Virus record (IMG/VR): IMGVR_UViG_2522572021_000010
Strand: one strand, 5' to 3'
Source: a virus
Lineage: Duplodnaviria > Heunggongvirae > Uroviricota > Caudoviricetes
DNA length: 26,675 nt
Every line of letters starts with the position of its first letter. The first letter of the stretch is position 1. Below, piece after piece: positions 9,143 to 18,561 of the stretch. The position numbers and the translations under genes were made by a program. The notes beneath the pieces were generated by a model, which saw only the letters and a program-made list of their open reading frames with translations, ran no database searches and had not been told where the DNA came from.

Positions 9143-9637
9143 ATGACTATGGTTGCCAGAACTGAACCCGGACCCGCAGAGGACGACATCACCGATACCG
9201 ATGATGGCGATACCCGCATTTCAGCGGGTGCATTCTGGCCGGATATTGTGCTGCGCGAGCTGCGTCTGGCGGTACGACTGCCGGGGCGCGTGACCACCTC
9301 CCGCCTGCTGCATACTGCCACCGGGGCTGTGGCACACGTTACCCGCGAGCTGGAAGCATGGCAGCAGGAACAGCAGGCAGCTGGCCATCAGACGCTGGCC
9401 GATGTTCCGGCACCCGTAATTAACGGAGAAAGCGTCAATCTCTGGCACTGGCGCAATGCTGTTTATACCGCCACGCGCGCCCTGATTCTGGAGCGTTATC
9501 GTGATGCAGACACTACGGACAAGGGAGACCGCCGGGCGGACGCTCTGGATATACAGACATCGGATTTGTGGCGTGATGTGAGCTGGGCCATCTCTGACAT
9601 TCTGTGCCGCCCGCGAATCTTTGCGGAGTTGTGCTGA
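9143..9637 (+). CDS. L: Head completion/stabilisation protein (P2 gpL homologue)
   Basis: Start set at the ATG at 9143 after AGGAG (the ORF track begins further upstream at 9071); about 164 aa; stop overlaps the X start (TGATG). Confidence 0.8.
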   Translation: MTMVARTEPGPAEDDITDTDDGDTRISAGAFWPDIVLRELRLAVRLPGRVTTSRLLHTATGAVAHVTRELEAWQQEQQAAGHQTLADVPAPVINGESVNLWHWRNAVYTATRALILERYRDADTTDKGDRRADALDIQTSDLWRDVSWAISDILCRPRIFAELC

Positions 9638-9837
9638 TGAAAGTGAAGGCACTGGAAGGCGACACCGTGGATTCGCTCTGTTTCCGGTACTACGGCACGA
9701 CGCAGGGCGTCACCGAAAAGGTGCTGGATGCCAACCCCGGACTCTGTCAGCAGGTATTTCTGGACGCCGGGCAGGAAGTGGAGATGCCGGAGCCGGAGAA
9801 GAAGAAACGAGAAATGATTCAGTTGTGGGGGGAGTAG
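9637..9837 (+). CDS. X: Tail protein X (LysM-like domain; P2 gpX homologue)
   Basis: 66 aa, MKVKALEGDTVDSLCFRYYGTTQGVTEKVLDANPGL; same size and LysM-like pattern as P2 X. Confidence 0.8.
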   Translation: MKVKALEGDTVDSLCFRYYGTTQGVTEKVLDANPGLCQQVFLDAGQEVEMPEPEKKKREMIQLWGE

Positions 9838-9839
9838 CA

Positions 9840-10163
9840 GTGAGCACCATTCAAACAGGGATCACAGAGCAGGTTATTGCGTGGCTCTTTGACCACCTGC
9901 CAACTGTGTATGCAGTAGGCGCGGCGGTCAGCATTTCCGCGCTGATGAGCCTTTATGACGGACGAACACTGGTTCAGACCGTAACGGGATCGCTGGCGTG
10001 CGGCGTTCTTGCCATGGCCGTGGCCGGGTCGTTGCGCTTCTTCGGGTTTCCTGAAGATGCCGTGACGTTTATCGGCGCATCAATCGGTTTTATGGGTGCA
10101 GAGAAAGCACGCGACAAGGTTATTGCGGCCTTTAATCGCAGGGTGAAGGAGAAGGACGAATGA
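9840..10163 (+). CDS. Holin (P2 gpY position)
   Basis: GTG start after GGGGGAG; 107 aa with hydrophobic transmembrane segments and a charged C-terminus (RRVKEKDE); overlaps the endolysin start. Confidence 0.6.
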   Translation: MSTIQTGITEQVIAWLFDHLPTVYAVGAAVSISALMSLYDGRTLVQTVTGSLACGVLAMAVAGSLRFFGFPEDAVTFIGASIGFMGAEKARDKVIAAFNRRVKEKDE

Positions 10164-10552
10164 GCAACACATTTAAATTCAGCAGCCGGAGCGAAAAGAA
10201 TTTGCAGGGCGTAAATCCTGATCTGGTGAAAGTGACCCGACGGGCACTGGAAATCTCGGAAGTGGATTTTGGTATCACCGAAGGGTTGCGCAGCCGTTAC
10301 CGCCAGAAGCAACTGGTGGCCACGGGTAAGAGCCAGACCATGAACAGCCGCCACCTTACGGGGCATGCCGTGGATGTTGTGGCTTATATCGGCAGCCAGG
10401 TGTCATGGGAATGGCCGCTGTACGAAAAAATCGCAGCAGCATTCAGACAGGCCAGCCGGGAACTGAATATTCCGGTGGAATGGGGCGGCGACTGGAAGAC
10501 CCTGAAAGACGGACCGCATTTTCAGTTACCACACGGAGCCTATCCGGCATGA
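10160..10552 (+). CDS. Endolysin, peptidase M15 (VanY / L-Ala-D-Glu endopeptidase-like) family
   Basis: 130 aa with Zn-ligand pattern SRHLTGHAVD (H-x6-D) and a downstream His in GPHFQLPH. Not the P2 K lysozyme type. Confidence 0.75.
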   Translation: MSNTFKFSSRSEKNLQGVNPDLVKVTRRALEISEVDFGITEGLRSRYRQKQLVATGKSQTMNSRHLTGHAVDVVAYIGSQVSWEWPLYEKIAAAFRQASRELNIPVEWGGDWKTLKDGPHFQLPHGAYPA

Positions 10553-10956
10553 AGCTCTGGCCCACGCTGGGCGTCGCTTTCCTTCTGATTGCCGCATGGG
10601 GAACATCCATGCGTCTGTCGTGGTCGCTGGGCCGGGAGAACGCCAGAAACGAAGCGCAGGCCAGCACCCTGAAAAGTACCGTCGACACCCTGAATATCAT
10701 CAGCGCCGGGGTACAGGATATGCAGCAGGTGCTGGCGCAACTCCGCGTGGAAAATCAGCAACGCAATCAGGACGGAGAGGTAAGACGTGAACAGCTACGC
10801 AACGATATTGCAAAAGATGAATGCGCCCACGCTTTGCCTGACGCTCGTTTTACTGACAGGTTGCGCAGGCACGCAGAACGCGCCACGGCCAGCGCCGTCA
10901 GTCCGGCTTATACCGCAGACGCTGACCATACCGGTAATGCCTCCCCCCTTCCCTGA
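10549..10956 (+). CDS. Inner-membrane spanin (Rz / LysB-like)
   Basis: Start ATG overlaps the endolysin stop (ATGA); N-terminal transmembrane helix followed by a predicted coiled-coil; about 135 aa. Confidence 0.6.
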   Translation: MKLWPTLGVAFLLIAAWGTSMRLSWSLGRENARNEAQASTLKSTVDTLNIISAGVQDMQQVLAQLRVENQQRNQDGEVRREQLRNDIAKDECAHALPDARFTDRLRRHAERATASAVSPAYTADADHTGNASPLP

Positions 10957-11107
10957 CACTCCCACATGGGGAAATCTCGGTATATGGGGCGACCGCCTCC
11001 TGGATGCACTGGAAACCTGTAACGCGGATAAACGGGCCATTGAATTACTGGAGCAGCGCAGACTGCAACGACTGAACAACGAGGACAACAGCCATGCTGA
11101 AAACTGA
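10817..11107 (+). CDS. Outer-membrane lipoprotein spanin (Rz1 / LysC-like), overlapped arrangement
   Basis: Starts inside Rz in the +1 frame; signal peptide with lipobox LLTGC; Pro-rich mature region (PVMPPPFPDTP); extends past the Rz stop as in P2 lysB/lysC. Confidence 0.55.
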   Translation: MNAPTLCLTLVLLTGCAGTQNAPRPAPSVRLIPQTLTIPVMPPPFPDTPTWGNLGIWGDRLLDALETCNADKRAIELLEQRRLQRLNNEDNSHAEN

Positions 11108-11561
11108 TTCCCTGCGTGAAGCCATGACCCGTTCATGCCGATGGTGTCAGGCCAACCCGGAAAAATTCACCATTTTCGTGGAGAGCGGCAACATTGAAAC
11201 GACCGGAGAAACGCCCTCGTTTGTTTACCGCTATCAGATGGTGATGTTTGTCATGGATTACGCCGGGGAGCTGGACGACCTCACGCTGCCGCTACTGGCG
11301 TGGTTATCCGAAAATCAGCCACAGTTGTTGCTCAATCCGGAGCGTAATCAGGACATCAAATTCTCCGCCGTTATCAATGACGATGACAGCGCCGATCTCC
11401 TGTTTACGCTCCCCCTGCGGGAACGCGTTCGCATCACGCGCAGCAGTCAGGGCACACCGCAGGCAGAACACCTGCCTGAGCCAAAACCCCGCCTGCCATC
11501 TTCCGAAGGCGACTGGTCGCATGTATTCCAGGATGTGACGTGGGGTGAAAGCGATGGATAA
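11094..11561 (+). CDS. R: Tail completion protein (P2 gpR homologue)
   Basis: 155 aa, same length as P2 R and similar N-terminus (MLKTDSLREAMT...); LAWL.ENQP motif. Confidence 0.85.
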   Translation: MLKTDSLREAMTRSCRWCQANPEKFTIFVESGNIETTGETPSFVYRYQMVMFVMDYAGELDDLTLPLLAWLSENQPQLLLNPERNQDIKFSAVINDDDSADLLFTLPLRERVRITRSSQGTPQAEHLPEPKPRLPSSEGDWSHVFQDVTWGESDG

Positions 11562-12189
11562 GGCATTCACCCGCGTGGATGAAACCTTTGAGGCCATCCG
11601 CGACAGCCTGAATCAGCAGGCCATCAATAACATCGCCAGAAAGCTGGCACAGGATTTACGCCGCGCCCAGCAGGCGCGTATCCGGTCACAGAAAGCGCCG
11701 GACGGGACCGCGTGGACACCACGCAGACGCCGCGTAACCCGGATACAGGAACGCATTCGCTTTATCTGGAATAACGAAGCACGCACGCTGAAAAACTGGC
11801 ATCACGACACGGGGAAATACGGGCGAACCATTACCGGGTGGGATGAGGATAAAAACAATATCCGCACGTTTTACCGGGATGACATCGACCGTTTTCTGGA
11901 AATACGCACCCGGCGCATCAACCAGGACAGCACAAAGCGCGTCCCCATGTTCGTAAAACTGCGCACCGCCCGCTACCTGAAAGCCCGTGCAGATGCTTCC
12001 GGTGTGACGGTGGGTTACAGCGGCGTGGCCGCACGTATTGCACGCGTTCATCAGTTCGGTGAGCGCGATCAGGTTGCGCCGGGCATTTTCACCGATTACC
12101 CGGTACGTGAGCTGCTGGGTATCAGCCAGGCAGATGAGCGCCTGATTTATAACACGGTGCTGGGCCGGATTGCGGAGGCTGTACGGTGA
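11554..12189 (+). CDS. S: Tail completion / virion morphogenesis protein (gpS-like)
   Basis: Position immediately after R, overlapping its stop; the ATG at 11554 is preferred over the GTG at 11545; longer than P2 S, so the assignment is by synteny. Confidence 0.65.
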   Translation: MDKAFTRVDETFEAIRDSLNQQAINNIARKLAQDLRRAQQARIRSQKAPDGTAWTPRRRRVTRIQERIRFIWNNEARTLKNWHHDTGKYGRTITGWDEDKNNIRTFYRDDIDRFLEIRTRRINQDSTKRVPMFVKLRTARYLKARADASGVTVGYSGVAARIARVHQFGERDQVAPGIFTDYPVRELLGISQADERLIYNTVLGRIAEAVR

Positions 12190-12767
12190 GCGCAGAACTC
12201 ATGCGACTGCTGAGCAACATCATCCGTACCGGGATCATCTCTGAAGTTGATGAGGAATCCTGGTGCGTGCGCGTTCGCAGCGGCGAACTGGAAACAGGCT
12301 GGCTGCGCTGGAACACCACGCGCGCGGGAGCCTTCAATGTGTGGCTGCCGCCATCACCCGGCGAACAGGTGGTAATTGCCTGCATTGGCGGCAACCCGGA
12401 AACCGCCATGATAATTGGCAGCCTGTGGAGTGATGCCATTCCGGCCCCCGGCAAAAGCCTGAAAGAAATCGTGGTCAGCGCGCCGGATGGCGCGGTGTTC
12501 CGCTACGACGCGGACGCAGGCGCACTGAGCGCCAGCGGCATGAAAACAGCCACCCTGCAGGCATCCGTCAGCGTGACACTGGATACGCCCGTCGTGGAAT
12601 GCACAGACCTTCTGAGAACGGCGACGCTTGACGTCACAAAAGGGGGAAAGATGAGCGGCAATATCACGCACAGCGGCGGCAATTTCACCTCAAACGGCAT
12701 CACAGTGCATACGCATAAACACGGTGGCGTTAAAGGTGGCAGCGATTCGACAGGAGGCCCGCAGTGA
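12186..12767 (+). CDS. V: Baseplate spike / assembly protein V (P2 gpV homologue)
   Basis: 193 aa; IIRTGIISEVD, WLPPSPGEQVVIA and C-terminal HTHKHGGVKGGSDSTGGP resemble gpV. Confidence 0.85.
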   Translation: MSAELMRLLSNIIRTGIISEVDEESWCVRVRSGELETGWLRWNTTRAGAFNVWLPPSPGEQVVIACIGGNPETAMIIGSLWSDAIPAPGKSLKEIVVSAPDGAVFRYDADAGALSASGMKTATLQASVSVTLDTPVVECTDLLRTATLDVTKGGKMSGNITHSGGNFTSNGITVHTHKHGGVKGGSDSTGGPQ

Positions 12768-13114
12768 CAACCCGCTACACAGGAATGAACCCGGACGGAA
12801 CGGGAAACCTGAACGATATGGAGCACCTGAAACAGTCAGTCAGGGACATCCTGACCACCCCGCTGGCAAGCCGGGTTATGCGACGGGAATATGGCAGCCT
12901 TGTGCCTGATTTGATTGACGAACCCATGAATAACACCACGCGTCTGCAATGCATGAGTGCTGCCGTGATTGCGCTGACACGATGGGAACCCCGCATTGCC
13001 CTGGACGCTATCGACGTTGTCTGGAAGGCAGGAGGCCGCGCCGGGGTGACGCTGTCGGGCACTGTCATGCAGACCATGCAGAATGTTGAATTAACCATCA
13101 CGCTGAGGGAGTAA
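12764..13114 (+). CDS. W: Baseplate wedge protein W (gp25-like; P2 gpW homologue)
   Basis: 116 aa; GTG start after AGGAGG; MTTRYTGMN... and RVMRREYGS resemble P2 W. Confidence 0.85.
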   Translation: MTTRYTGMNPDGTGNLNDMEHLKQSVRDILTTPLASRVMRREYGSLVPDLIDEPMNNTTRLQCMSAAVIALTRWEPRIALDAIDVVWKAGGRAGVTLSGTVMQTMQNVELTITLRE

Positions 13115-13117
13115 ATC

Positions 13118-14014
13118 ATGCCTGCCGTTGACCTTTCCCAGTTACCGGACCCCGCCATTATCGCGGAGCCTGACTTTGAGGCAATTCTGGCTGACACAAA
13201 GGCCATGATGATTGCGGCTTATCCCGCCGAACAGCGTGAAGCCGTCTCCGCCGCGCTGGAGCTGGAATCGGAACCCCTGAACGTTATCGCCCAGACAACA
13301 GCGTTTCGTGAAATGCTGTTACGCCAGCGGGTCAATGAGGGGGCACGGGCCTGCATGTTAAGCCACAGCACCGGGACAGACCTGGACAACCTCGCGGGCA
13401 ATATGAACACAAAGCGCCTGACCATCACTCCGGCAACGGATACCACCGACGCGGTGATGGAGAGTGACACCTCGCTGAGACTGCGGGCGCAGCGGGCGTA
13501 CGACGGCCTGAGTGTTGCTGGCCCGTCAGGTGCATACGAGTATTTTGCCCGCAGCGCCAGCGGTCTGGTGCGTGATGCGCGGGCTATCAGTCCGTCTCCG
13601 GCCAACGTGACGGTTTCCATTCTGTCCACTGAAGGCGACGGCACAGCAACGGAGGCGTTGCTTAATACCGTTCGCGCCGTTCTGAATGCAGAGGATACCC
13701 GCCCGGTGGCCGACCGCCTGACCGTACAGAGTGCCAGAATCGTGACATGGCGGCTGAATGCAAAACTGTACTTTTACCCCGGCCCGGAATCCGAACCTAT
13801 TCTGGCTGCGGCTGAATCGTCGTTCAGGAAGTGGCTGGCTGAGCAGGGGCTTATCGGTCAGGACGTGGCGTTGTCCGCCATTGCTGCCGCACTGCATGTG
13901 CACGGTGTGCAACGCGTGGAGATAATCGAACCCACACAAAATATGGCCATCAGCGACATACAGGCGGCGCGCTGTGAGTCATTCACCATCAGCGAAGGTG
14001 GGCGTAATGAGTAA
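13118..14014 (+). CDS. J: Baseplate assembly protein J (P2 gpJ homologue)
   Basis: 298 aa; N-terminus MPAVDLSQLPDP..., WRQRVNE-like block, RPVADRLTVQSA and LHVHGVQRVE resemble P2 J. Confidence 0.85.
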   Translation: MPAVDLSQLPDPAIIAEPDFEAILADTKAMMIAAYPAEQREAVSAALELESEPLNVIAQTTAFREMLLRQRVNEGARACMLSHSTGTDLDNLAGNMNTKRLTITPATDTTDAVMESDTSLRLRAQRAYDGLSVAGPSGAYEYFARSASGLVRDARAISPSPANVTVSILSTEGDGTATEALLNTVRAVLNAEDTRPVADRLTVQSARIVTWRLNAKLYFYPGPESEPILAAAESSFRKWLAEQGLIGQDVALSAIAAALHVHGVQRVEIIEPTQNMAISDIQAARCESFTISEGGRNE

Positions 14015-14537
14015 TTCACTGTTACCGCCATCAGCCAGCAATTTCATGCGTTGTGCCGAAGCTGTCGGAACGCGCATTACAGACATTCCGGTAGACCTCA
14101 ACACACTGTGGTCGCCGGACACCTGCCCGGTGCATCTGCTGCCTTATCTCGCCTGGGCATTTTCCGTTGACCGCTGGGATCGCAACTGGCCGGAAGAGAC
14201 AAAGCGACAGGTGATTCGTGATGCATGGCTGATACACCGACACAAAGGGACCATCAGCGCACTGCGCCGGGCCATTGAGCCGCTGGGATACCTCATTCGT
14301 GTGTCTGAGTGGTGGGAGTTCGGCGGAGAACCGGGAACATTTACCGTTGAAGTCGGCACGCTGGACAGTGGCGTGACGGAGGAAATGTATCTGGAAATGG
14401 AGCGGTTGATTGCTGATGCCCGCCCGGTCAGCCGCCACATGACAGGGCTGAATATCATTCAGGAGATCCCGGGGGATATTTTCGCGGCGGCAGCAACTTA
14501 CGACGGTGAAGTCATTACCATTTATCCGGACGATTAA
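14007..14537 (+). CDS. I: Baseplate protein I (P2 gpI homologue)
   Basis: Start set at the ATG at 14007, overlapping the J stop; 176 aa, the same length as P2 I. Confidence 0.8.
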   Translation: MSNSLLPPSASNFMRCAEAVGTRITDIPVDLNTLWSPDTCPVHLLPYLAWAFSVDRWDRNWPEETKRQVIRDAWLIHRHKGTISALRRAIEPLGYLIRVSEWWEFGGEPGTFTVEVGTLDSGVTEEMYLEMERLIADARPVSRHMTGLNIIQEIPGDIFAAAATYDGEVITIYPDD

Positions 14538-14539
14538 GC

Positions 14540-16525
14540 ATGAGTACCACAACACGAAAATTTAAAACCATTATCACTGATACTGGTGCCAAAAAATTAG
14601 CTCAGGCAGCCGCGCCAGGTGGTAATCCTGTCCGCCTGACTCACATGGCCGTGGGCGACGGTGGCGGCACGTTGCCCACACCAGACAGTAAGCAGACCCG
14701 TCTGGTGCATGAGGTGTGGCGACATACTGTTAATCGCGTCATCCTGGACGCAACACATCAGAACCGCATTATTGCGGAGCTGGTTATTCCTCCTGAAACG
14801 GGCGGATTCTGGATCCGGGAAATTGGTGTATTTGATGAGCACGGCGATTTGATCGCGGTGGGCAATACTGCCGAAAGTTACAAGCCAGCCGTTGCCAAAG
14901 GATCCGGACGTGCACAAACATTTCGCACCATTCTGACCGTATCCAGCACTGCCACCGTGGCGCTTACCGTGGATAACACCATGGTTATGGCCACAGTGGA
15001 TTACGTGAATGACAAACTGAAAGAACATGAACAGTCACGACGTCACCCGGACGCCTCGCTGACCGCAAAAGGCTTTGTTCAACTCAGTAGCGCCACCAAC
15101 AGCACGTCTGAAGCACTGGCCGCAACGCCGAAAGCGGTCAAGGCAGCCTATGACCTTGCTAACGGGAAATATACCGCACAGGACGCCACTACAGCGCGAA
15201 AAGGTCTTGTCCAGCTCAGTAGTGCCACCAACAGCACGTCTGAAACGCTCGCCGCAACACCAAAAGCGGTAAAGGCCGCGTATGATCTTGCTAACGCAAA
15301 ATATACCGCTCAGGACGCCACGACGGCACAAAAAGGGATTGTCCAGCTCAGTAGTGCCACCAACAGCACGTCTGAAACACTGGCCGCGACATCGAAAGCG
15401 GTTAAGGCAGTAATGGATGAAACAAATAAGAAAGCCCCATTAAACAGCCCGGCGCTGACCGGAACGCCAACAACACCAACTGCGCGACAGGGAACGAATA
15501 ATACCCAAATCGCAAGCACGGCTTTCGTTATGGCTGCGATTGCCGCCCTTGTAGATTCGTCACCTGATGCACTGAACACGCTGAACGAGCTGGCTGCGGC
15601 GCTGGGCAACGACCCGAATTTTGCGACCACCATGACTAACGCGCTTGCGGGTAAGCAACCGAAAGATGCCACCCTGACGGCGCTGGCCGGGCTTGCTACT
15701 GCGGCAGACAGGTTTCCGTATTTTACGGGGAATGATGTCGCCAGCCTGGCAACTCTGACAAAAGTCGGGCGGGATATTCTTGCGAAATCGACCGTTGCCG
15801 CCGTTATCGAATACCTCGGTTTACGAGAACTCGGCACAAGCGGGGAGAAAATACCGTTACTCAGTACAGCGAATACCTGGACCAATCGACAAACATTCAG
15901 CGGTGGCCTTTCTGGGGAACTGTCCGGCAATGCCGCTACTGCAACAAAGCTGAAAACAGCACGAAAAATTGCTGGAGTTGGTTTTGATGGTTCTAGCGAT
16001 ATTTCAATTAGTGCCAAAAATGTCAATGCATTTGCACTCCGACAAACAGGTAATACTGTTAATGGTGATACATCCGTTGGATGGAATTGGGATAGTGGTG
16101 CATATAACGCCCTGATTGGTGGTGCATCTGTATTAATTCTTCACTTTAATATAAATGCTGGTAGCTGTCCTGCCGTACAATTCCGTGTGAATTATAAAAA
16201 TGGTGGCATTTCCTACAGGTCGGCTCGTGATGGTTATGGGTTTGAATTAGGTTGGTCAGATTTCTATACCACGACACGAAAACCTTCAGCGGGAGATGTT
16301 GGTGCATATACGCAGGCAGAATGTAACTCAAGGTTTATTACAGGTATTCGCCTTGGCGGTCTGTCATCTGTTCAGACATGGAATGGTCCCGGCTGGTCTG
16401 ACAGGTCAGGTTATGTCGTTACGGGTTCAGTTAACGGAAACCGTGATGAATTAATTGATACAACACAGGCAAGGCCAATTCAGTATTGCATTAATGGGAC
16501 GTGGTATAACGCGGGGAGTATTTAA
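14540..16525 (+). CDS. H: Tail fibre protein (P2 gpH-like); constant N-terminal part plus currently expressed variable C-terminal segment
   Basis: 661 aa; three tandem 44-aa repeats; a recombination site at 15804-15829 separates the constant part from the C-terminal receptor-binding segment, which ends ...RPIQYCINGTWYNAGSI. Confidence 0.9.
   Translation: MSTTTRKFKTIITDTGAKKLAQAAAPGGNPVRLTHMAVGDGGGTLPTPDSKQTRLVHEVWRHTVNRVILDATHQNRIIAELVIPPETGGFWIREIGVFDEHGDLIAVGNTAESYKPAVAKGSGRAQTFRTILTVSSTATVALTVDNTMVMATVDYVNDKLKEHEQSRRHPDASLTAKGFVQLSSATNSTSEALAATPKAVKAAYDLANGKYTAQDATTARKGLVQLSSATNSTSETLAATPKAVKAAYDLANAKYTAQDATTAQKGIVQLSSATNSTSETLAATSKAVKAVMDETNKKAPLNSPALTGTPTTPTARQGTNNTQIASTAFVMAAIAALVDSSPDALNTLNELAAALGNDPNFATTMTNALAGKQPKDATLTALAGLATAADRFPYFTGNDVASLATLTKVGRDILAKSTVAAVIEYLGLRELGTSGEKIPLLSTANTWTNRQTFSGGLSGELSGNAATATKLKTARKIAGVGFDGSSDISISAKNVNAFALRQTGNTVNGDTSVGWNWDSGAYNALIGGASVLILHFNINAGSCPAVQFRVNYKNGGISYRSARDGYGFELGWSDFYTTTRKPSAGDVGAYTQAECNSRFITGIRLGGLSSVQTWNGPGWSDRSGYVVTGSVNGNRDELIDTTQARPIQYCINGTWYNAGSI
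15071..15412 (+). repeat. Three tandem 132-bp coding repeats inside H (phage tail-fibre repeat)
   Basis: Units begin at 15071, 15203 and 15335, each encoding G[FLI]VQLSSATNSTSE.LAAT.KAVKA.YDLAN.KYTAQDATTA.K; near-identical at the DNA level. Confidence 0.85.
15804..15829. repeat. Left invertase crossover site (gix/pix-like), inside H
   Basis: TTATCGAATACCTCGGTTTACGAGAA; 21 of 26 positions match the reverse complement of the site at 18482-18507, including an identical 12-bp ACCTCGGTTTAC core. Confidence 0.7.
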
Positions 16526-16527
16526 CG

Positions 16528-17061
16528 ATGATGCACTTAAAAAACATTACTGCTGGCAACCCTAAAACAAAAGAGCAATACCAGCTAACAAAGCAATTTA
16601 ACATCAAATGGCTTTATTCAGATGATGGAAAAAACTGGTATGAGGAACAAAAGAATTTCCAGCCAGACACTTTGAAAATGGTCTATGACCATAACGGCGT
16701 TATTATTTGTATTGAAAAGGATGTTTCAGCAATTAATCCGGAAGGCGCAAGCGTCGTTGAATTACCTGATATTACAGCAAATCGCCGGGCTGATATTTCG
16801 GGGAAATGGATGTTCAAAGATGGCGTAGTGATAAAGCGAACTTATACCGAGGAAGAGCAGAGACAACAAGCGGAAAATGAAAAGCAAAGCCTGTTGCAAC
16901 TTGTCAGGGATAAAACCCAGCTATGGGACTCACAGCTACGGCTGGGCATCATTTCCGACGAGAATAAGCAGAAATTAACCGAGTGGATGCTCTTTGCGCA
17001 GAAAGTCGAATCTACAGACACCTCCAGCCTGCCAGTAACGTTTCCCGAACAACCAGAATGA
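16528..17061 (+). CDS. Tail fibre assembly chaperone (gpG/Tfa-like), paired with the current fibre C-terminus
   Basis: 177 aa directly after H; clear paralogue of the minus-strand ORF at 17090-17617 ([22 protein letters not shown] versus [22 protein letters not shown]). Confidence 0.8.
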   Translation: MMHLKNITAGNPKTKEQYQLTKQFNIKWLYSDDGKNWYEEQKNFQPDTLKMVYDHNGVIICIEKDVSAINPEGASVVELPDITANRRADISGKWMFKDGVVIKRTYTEEEQRQQAENEKQSLLQLVRDKTQLWDSQLRLGIISDENKQKLTEWMLFAQKVESTDTSSLPVTFPEQPE

Positions 17062-17089
17062 GAGAAGGCCCGATATCGGGCCTTAATTT

Positions 17090-17617
17090 TTACTCAGGCT
17101 TTTGTGGCCATTCGGGATTTGCTGTATCCACACGGCTGACCAGAACGCTGTAGCGTTCCCATGACTCCAGTCGTGTGCGTTCCTCATCCGTCGCCATATT
17201 CAGCCTGACAGCGCGTTCCAGTGGCTGAATAACGCTTTCAGCTTCAGAAAGCAACGCGACCTTTTGTGATTCGGCCTGTTGTTGCTGTTCGTCTGCTGTA
17301 TAAATCCGCTTAACCACAGTTCCGTCCTTAAACATCCACTTCCCTGAATCATCGGCACGACGATTGGCTGTTATATCTGGAATCTCAACGACACTAAAGC
17401 CTTCGGGATTAAGCGTTGAGGCATCTTTGGTTATGGCAACAATAATATTATTTTCGTCGTATACAATCTTTATGGTGTCGTCCTGAAAGTTATTTACTTC
17501 CTCATACCAGTTTTTACCGTCTTCGGACCATAACCAGATAACATCAAAATTCTTTGTTAGCTGATATTGTTCTTTTGTTTTTGGATTTCCGGACTTAATA
17601 TTTTTTAAATGCTGCAT
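17090..17617 (-). CDS. Alternative tail fibre assembly chaperone (Tfa'), inverted orientation
   Basis: 175 aa paralogue of the plus-strand tfa, immediately downstream of the alternative fibre segment on the minus strand. Confidence 0.8.
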   Translation of the reverse strand: MQHLKNIKSGNPKTKEQYQLTKNFDVIWLWSEDGKNWYEEVNNFQDDTIKIVYDENNIIVAITKDASTLNPEGFSVVEIPDITANRRADDSGKWMFKDGTVVKRIYTADEQQQQAESQKVALLSEAESVIQPLERAVRLNMATDEERTRLESWERYSVLVSRVDTANPEWPQKPE

Positions 17618-17620
17618 AAT

Positions 17621-18499
17621 TTACACCTGTGCGACGTTATACCATGTGCCATTGATGTATTTTTGTATTGGTCTGAAGATGGCTTCATCATCGCCATCTA
17701 CTTCACCAATGATTCTTAATCCGGTAATTGCGTGTCCGGCTTTTTCATAACGACCACCACGCGCCATCAATTGAACAACACGCGTACCCAGGCGAACATC
17801 TTTTACATAGCGTGAATCAAAATTCCCCCAGTTGCTGGGCTGTATCTGACCGTTAACAGAAAATATTACCGAGTTATCTGTATTTCGCTGGCTATAGAAA
17901 TGCCATCCTGCCTCATCGCCTAACTCTGCAACTACTGGACGGGTTGAAGCACCCCATAAATTAAACATTGCATTCTTTGTGGAGTTGTTGGAGCTGGATA
18001 GCGTGAATTTTTTACCATCCCCGGCCTGAATATTTTTAAAAGCAATAGCCACTCCATTCTGAAAGCGGAATACACGCTGACTATTAGCATAAACATCCAG
18101 AATACCGTCTCCATTCTGTTTAAATCCGGTGTCATTATCACCAAGAACAATAGAGCTACCACCTAACGCATTCGTCGAACCAACTCCAAGACTGCCATTA
18201 ATGACAGCATTAACAAGAATATTTAGTGCATCCCATTTCAGCGTCATCAGGTCTTTTGTTGTGGTGCTCTGGCGGCTTCTCCATTTGAAATATTCATTGC
18301 CGTTGTCGCCTGTTTCAAACCACATGTATGAATCAGTGTCACCATCGGCATCATTTTTAAATCCAATCTTCGCCCAGTCAGTATTTCGAATCCAGGCAAG
18401 GATTGAGTCATTTTCAAAAGTAAGCCCACCGGACAAGGTATCGCCATTTTTTTGCACGGCGTTACCAGCCCTGTTTACCGTTTCCTGTAAACCGAGGTT
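17621..18499 (-). CDS. Promoterless alternative tail-fibre C-terminal segment (Sv'), to be fused to H after inversion
   Basis: Minus-strand frame open from the crossover site to 17621. Ends ...FRPIQKYINGTWYNVAQV, parallel to the H C-terminus. No independent start with a ribosome-binding site; the frame is in phase with the H constant region across the crossover. Confidence 0.7.
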   Translation of the reverse strand, partial: NLGLQETVNRAGNAVQKNGDTLSGGLTFENDSILAWIRNTDWAKIGFKNDADGDTDSYMWFETGDNGNEYFKWRSRQSTTTKDLMTLKWDALNILVNAVINGSLGVGSTNALGGSSIVLGDNDTGFKQNGDGILDVYANSQRVFRFQNGVAIAFKNIQAGDGKKFTLSSSNNSTKNAMFNLWGASTRPVVAELGDEAGWHFYSQRNTDNSVIFSVNGQIQPSNWGNFDSRYVKDVRLGTRVVQLMARGGRYEKAGHAITGLRIIGEVDGDDEAIFRPIQKYINGTWYNVAQV

Positions 18500-18507
18500 T
18501 TAAATAA
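18482..18507. repeat. Right invertase crossover site (gix/pix-like)
   Basis: TTCCTGTAAACCGAGGTTTTAAATAA, an inverted copy of the site at 15804-15829; lies 54 bp upstream of the invertase start. Confidence 0.7.
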
Positions 18508-18561
18508 TGGCCGTTTCTGGCCTGCATGGCATGATTTGCGCTTTTGGACGGGAGATTCAGT

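Noticed and set aside
15071-15412. Possible CRISPR array suggested by the tandem repeats
   Set aside because: Repeats are contiguous 132-bp coding units in frame within H, with no unique spacers and no cas genes.
15310-16026. 238-aa minus-strand ORF
   Set aside because: Antisense to the tail fibre gene and spanning its tandem repeats; no independent signals.
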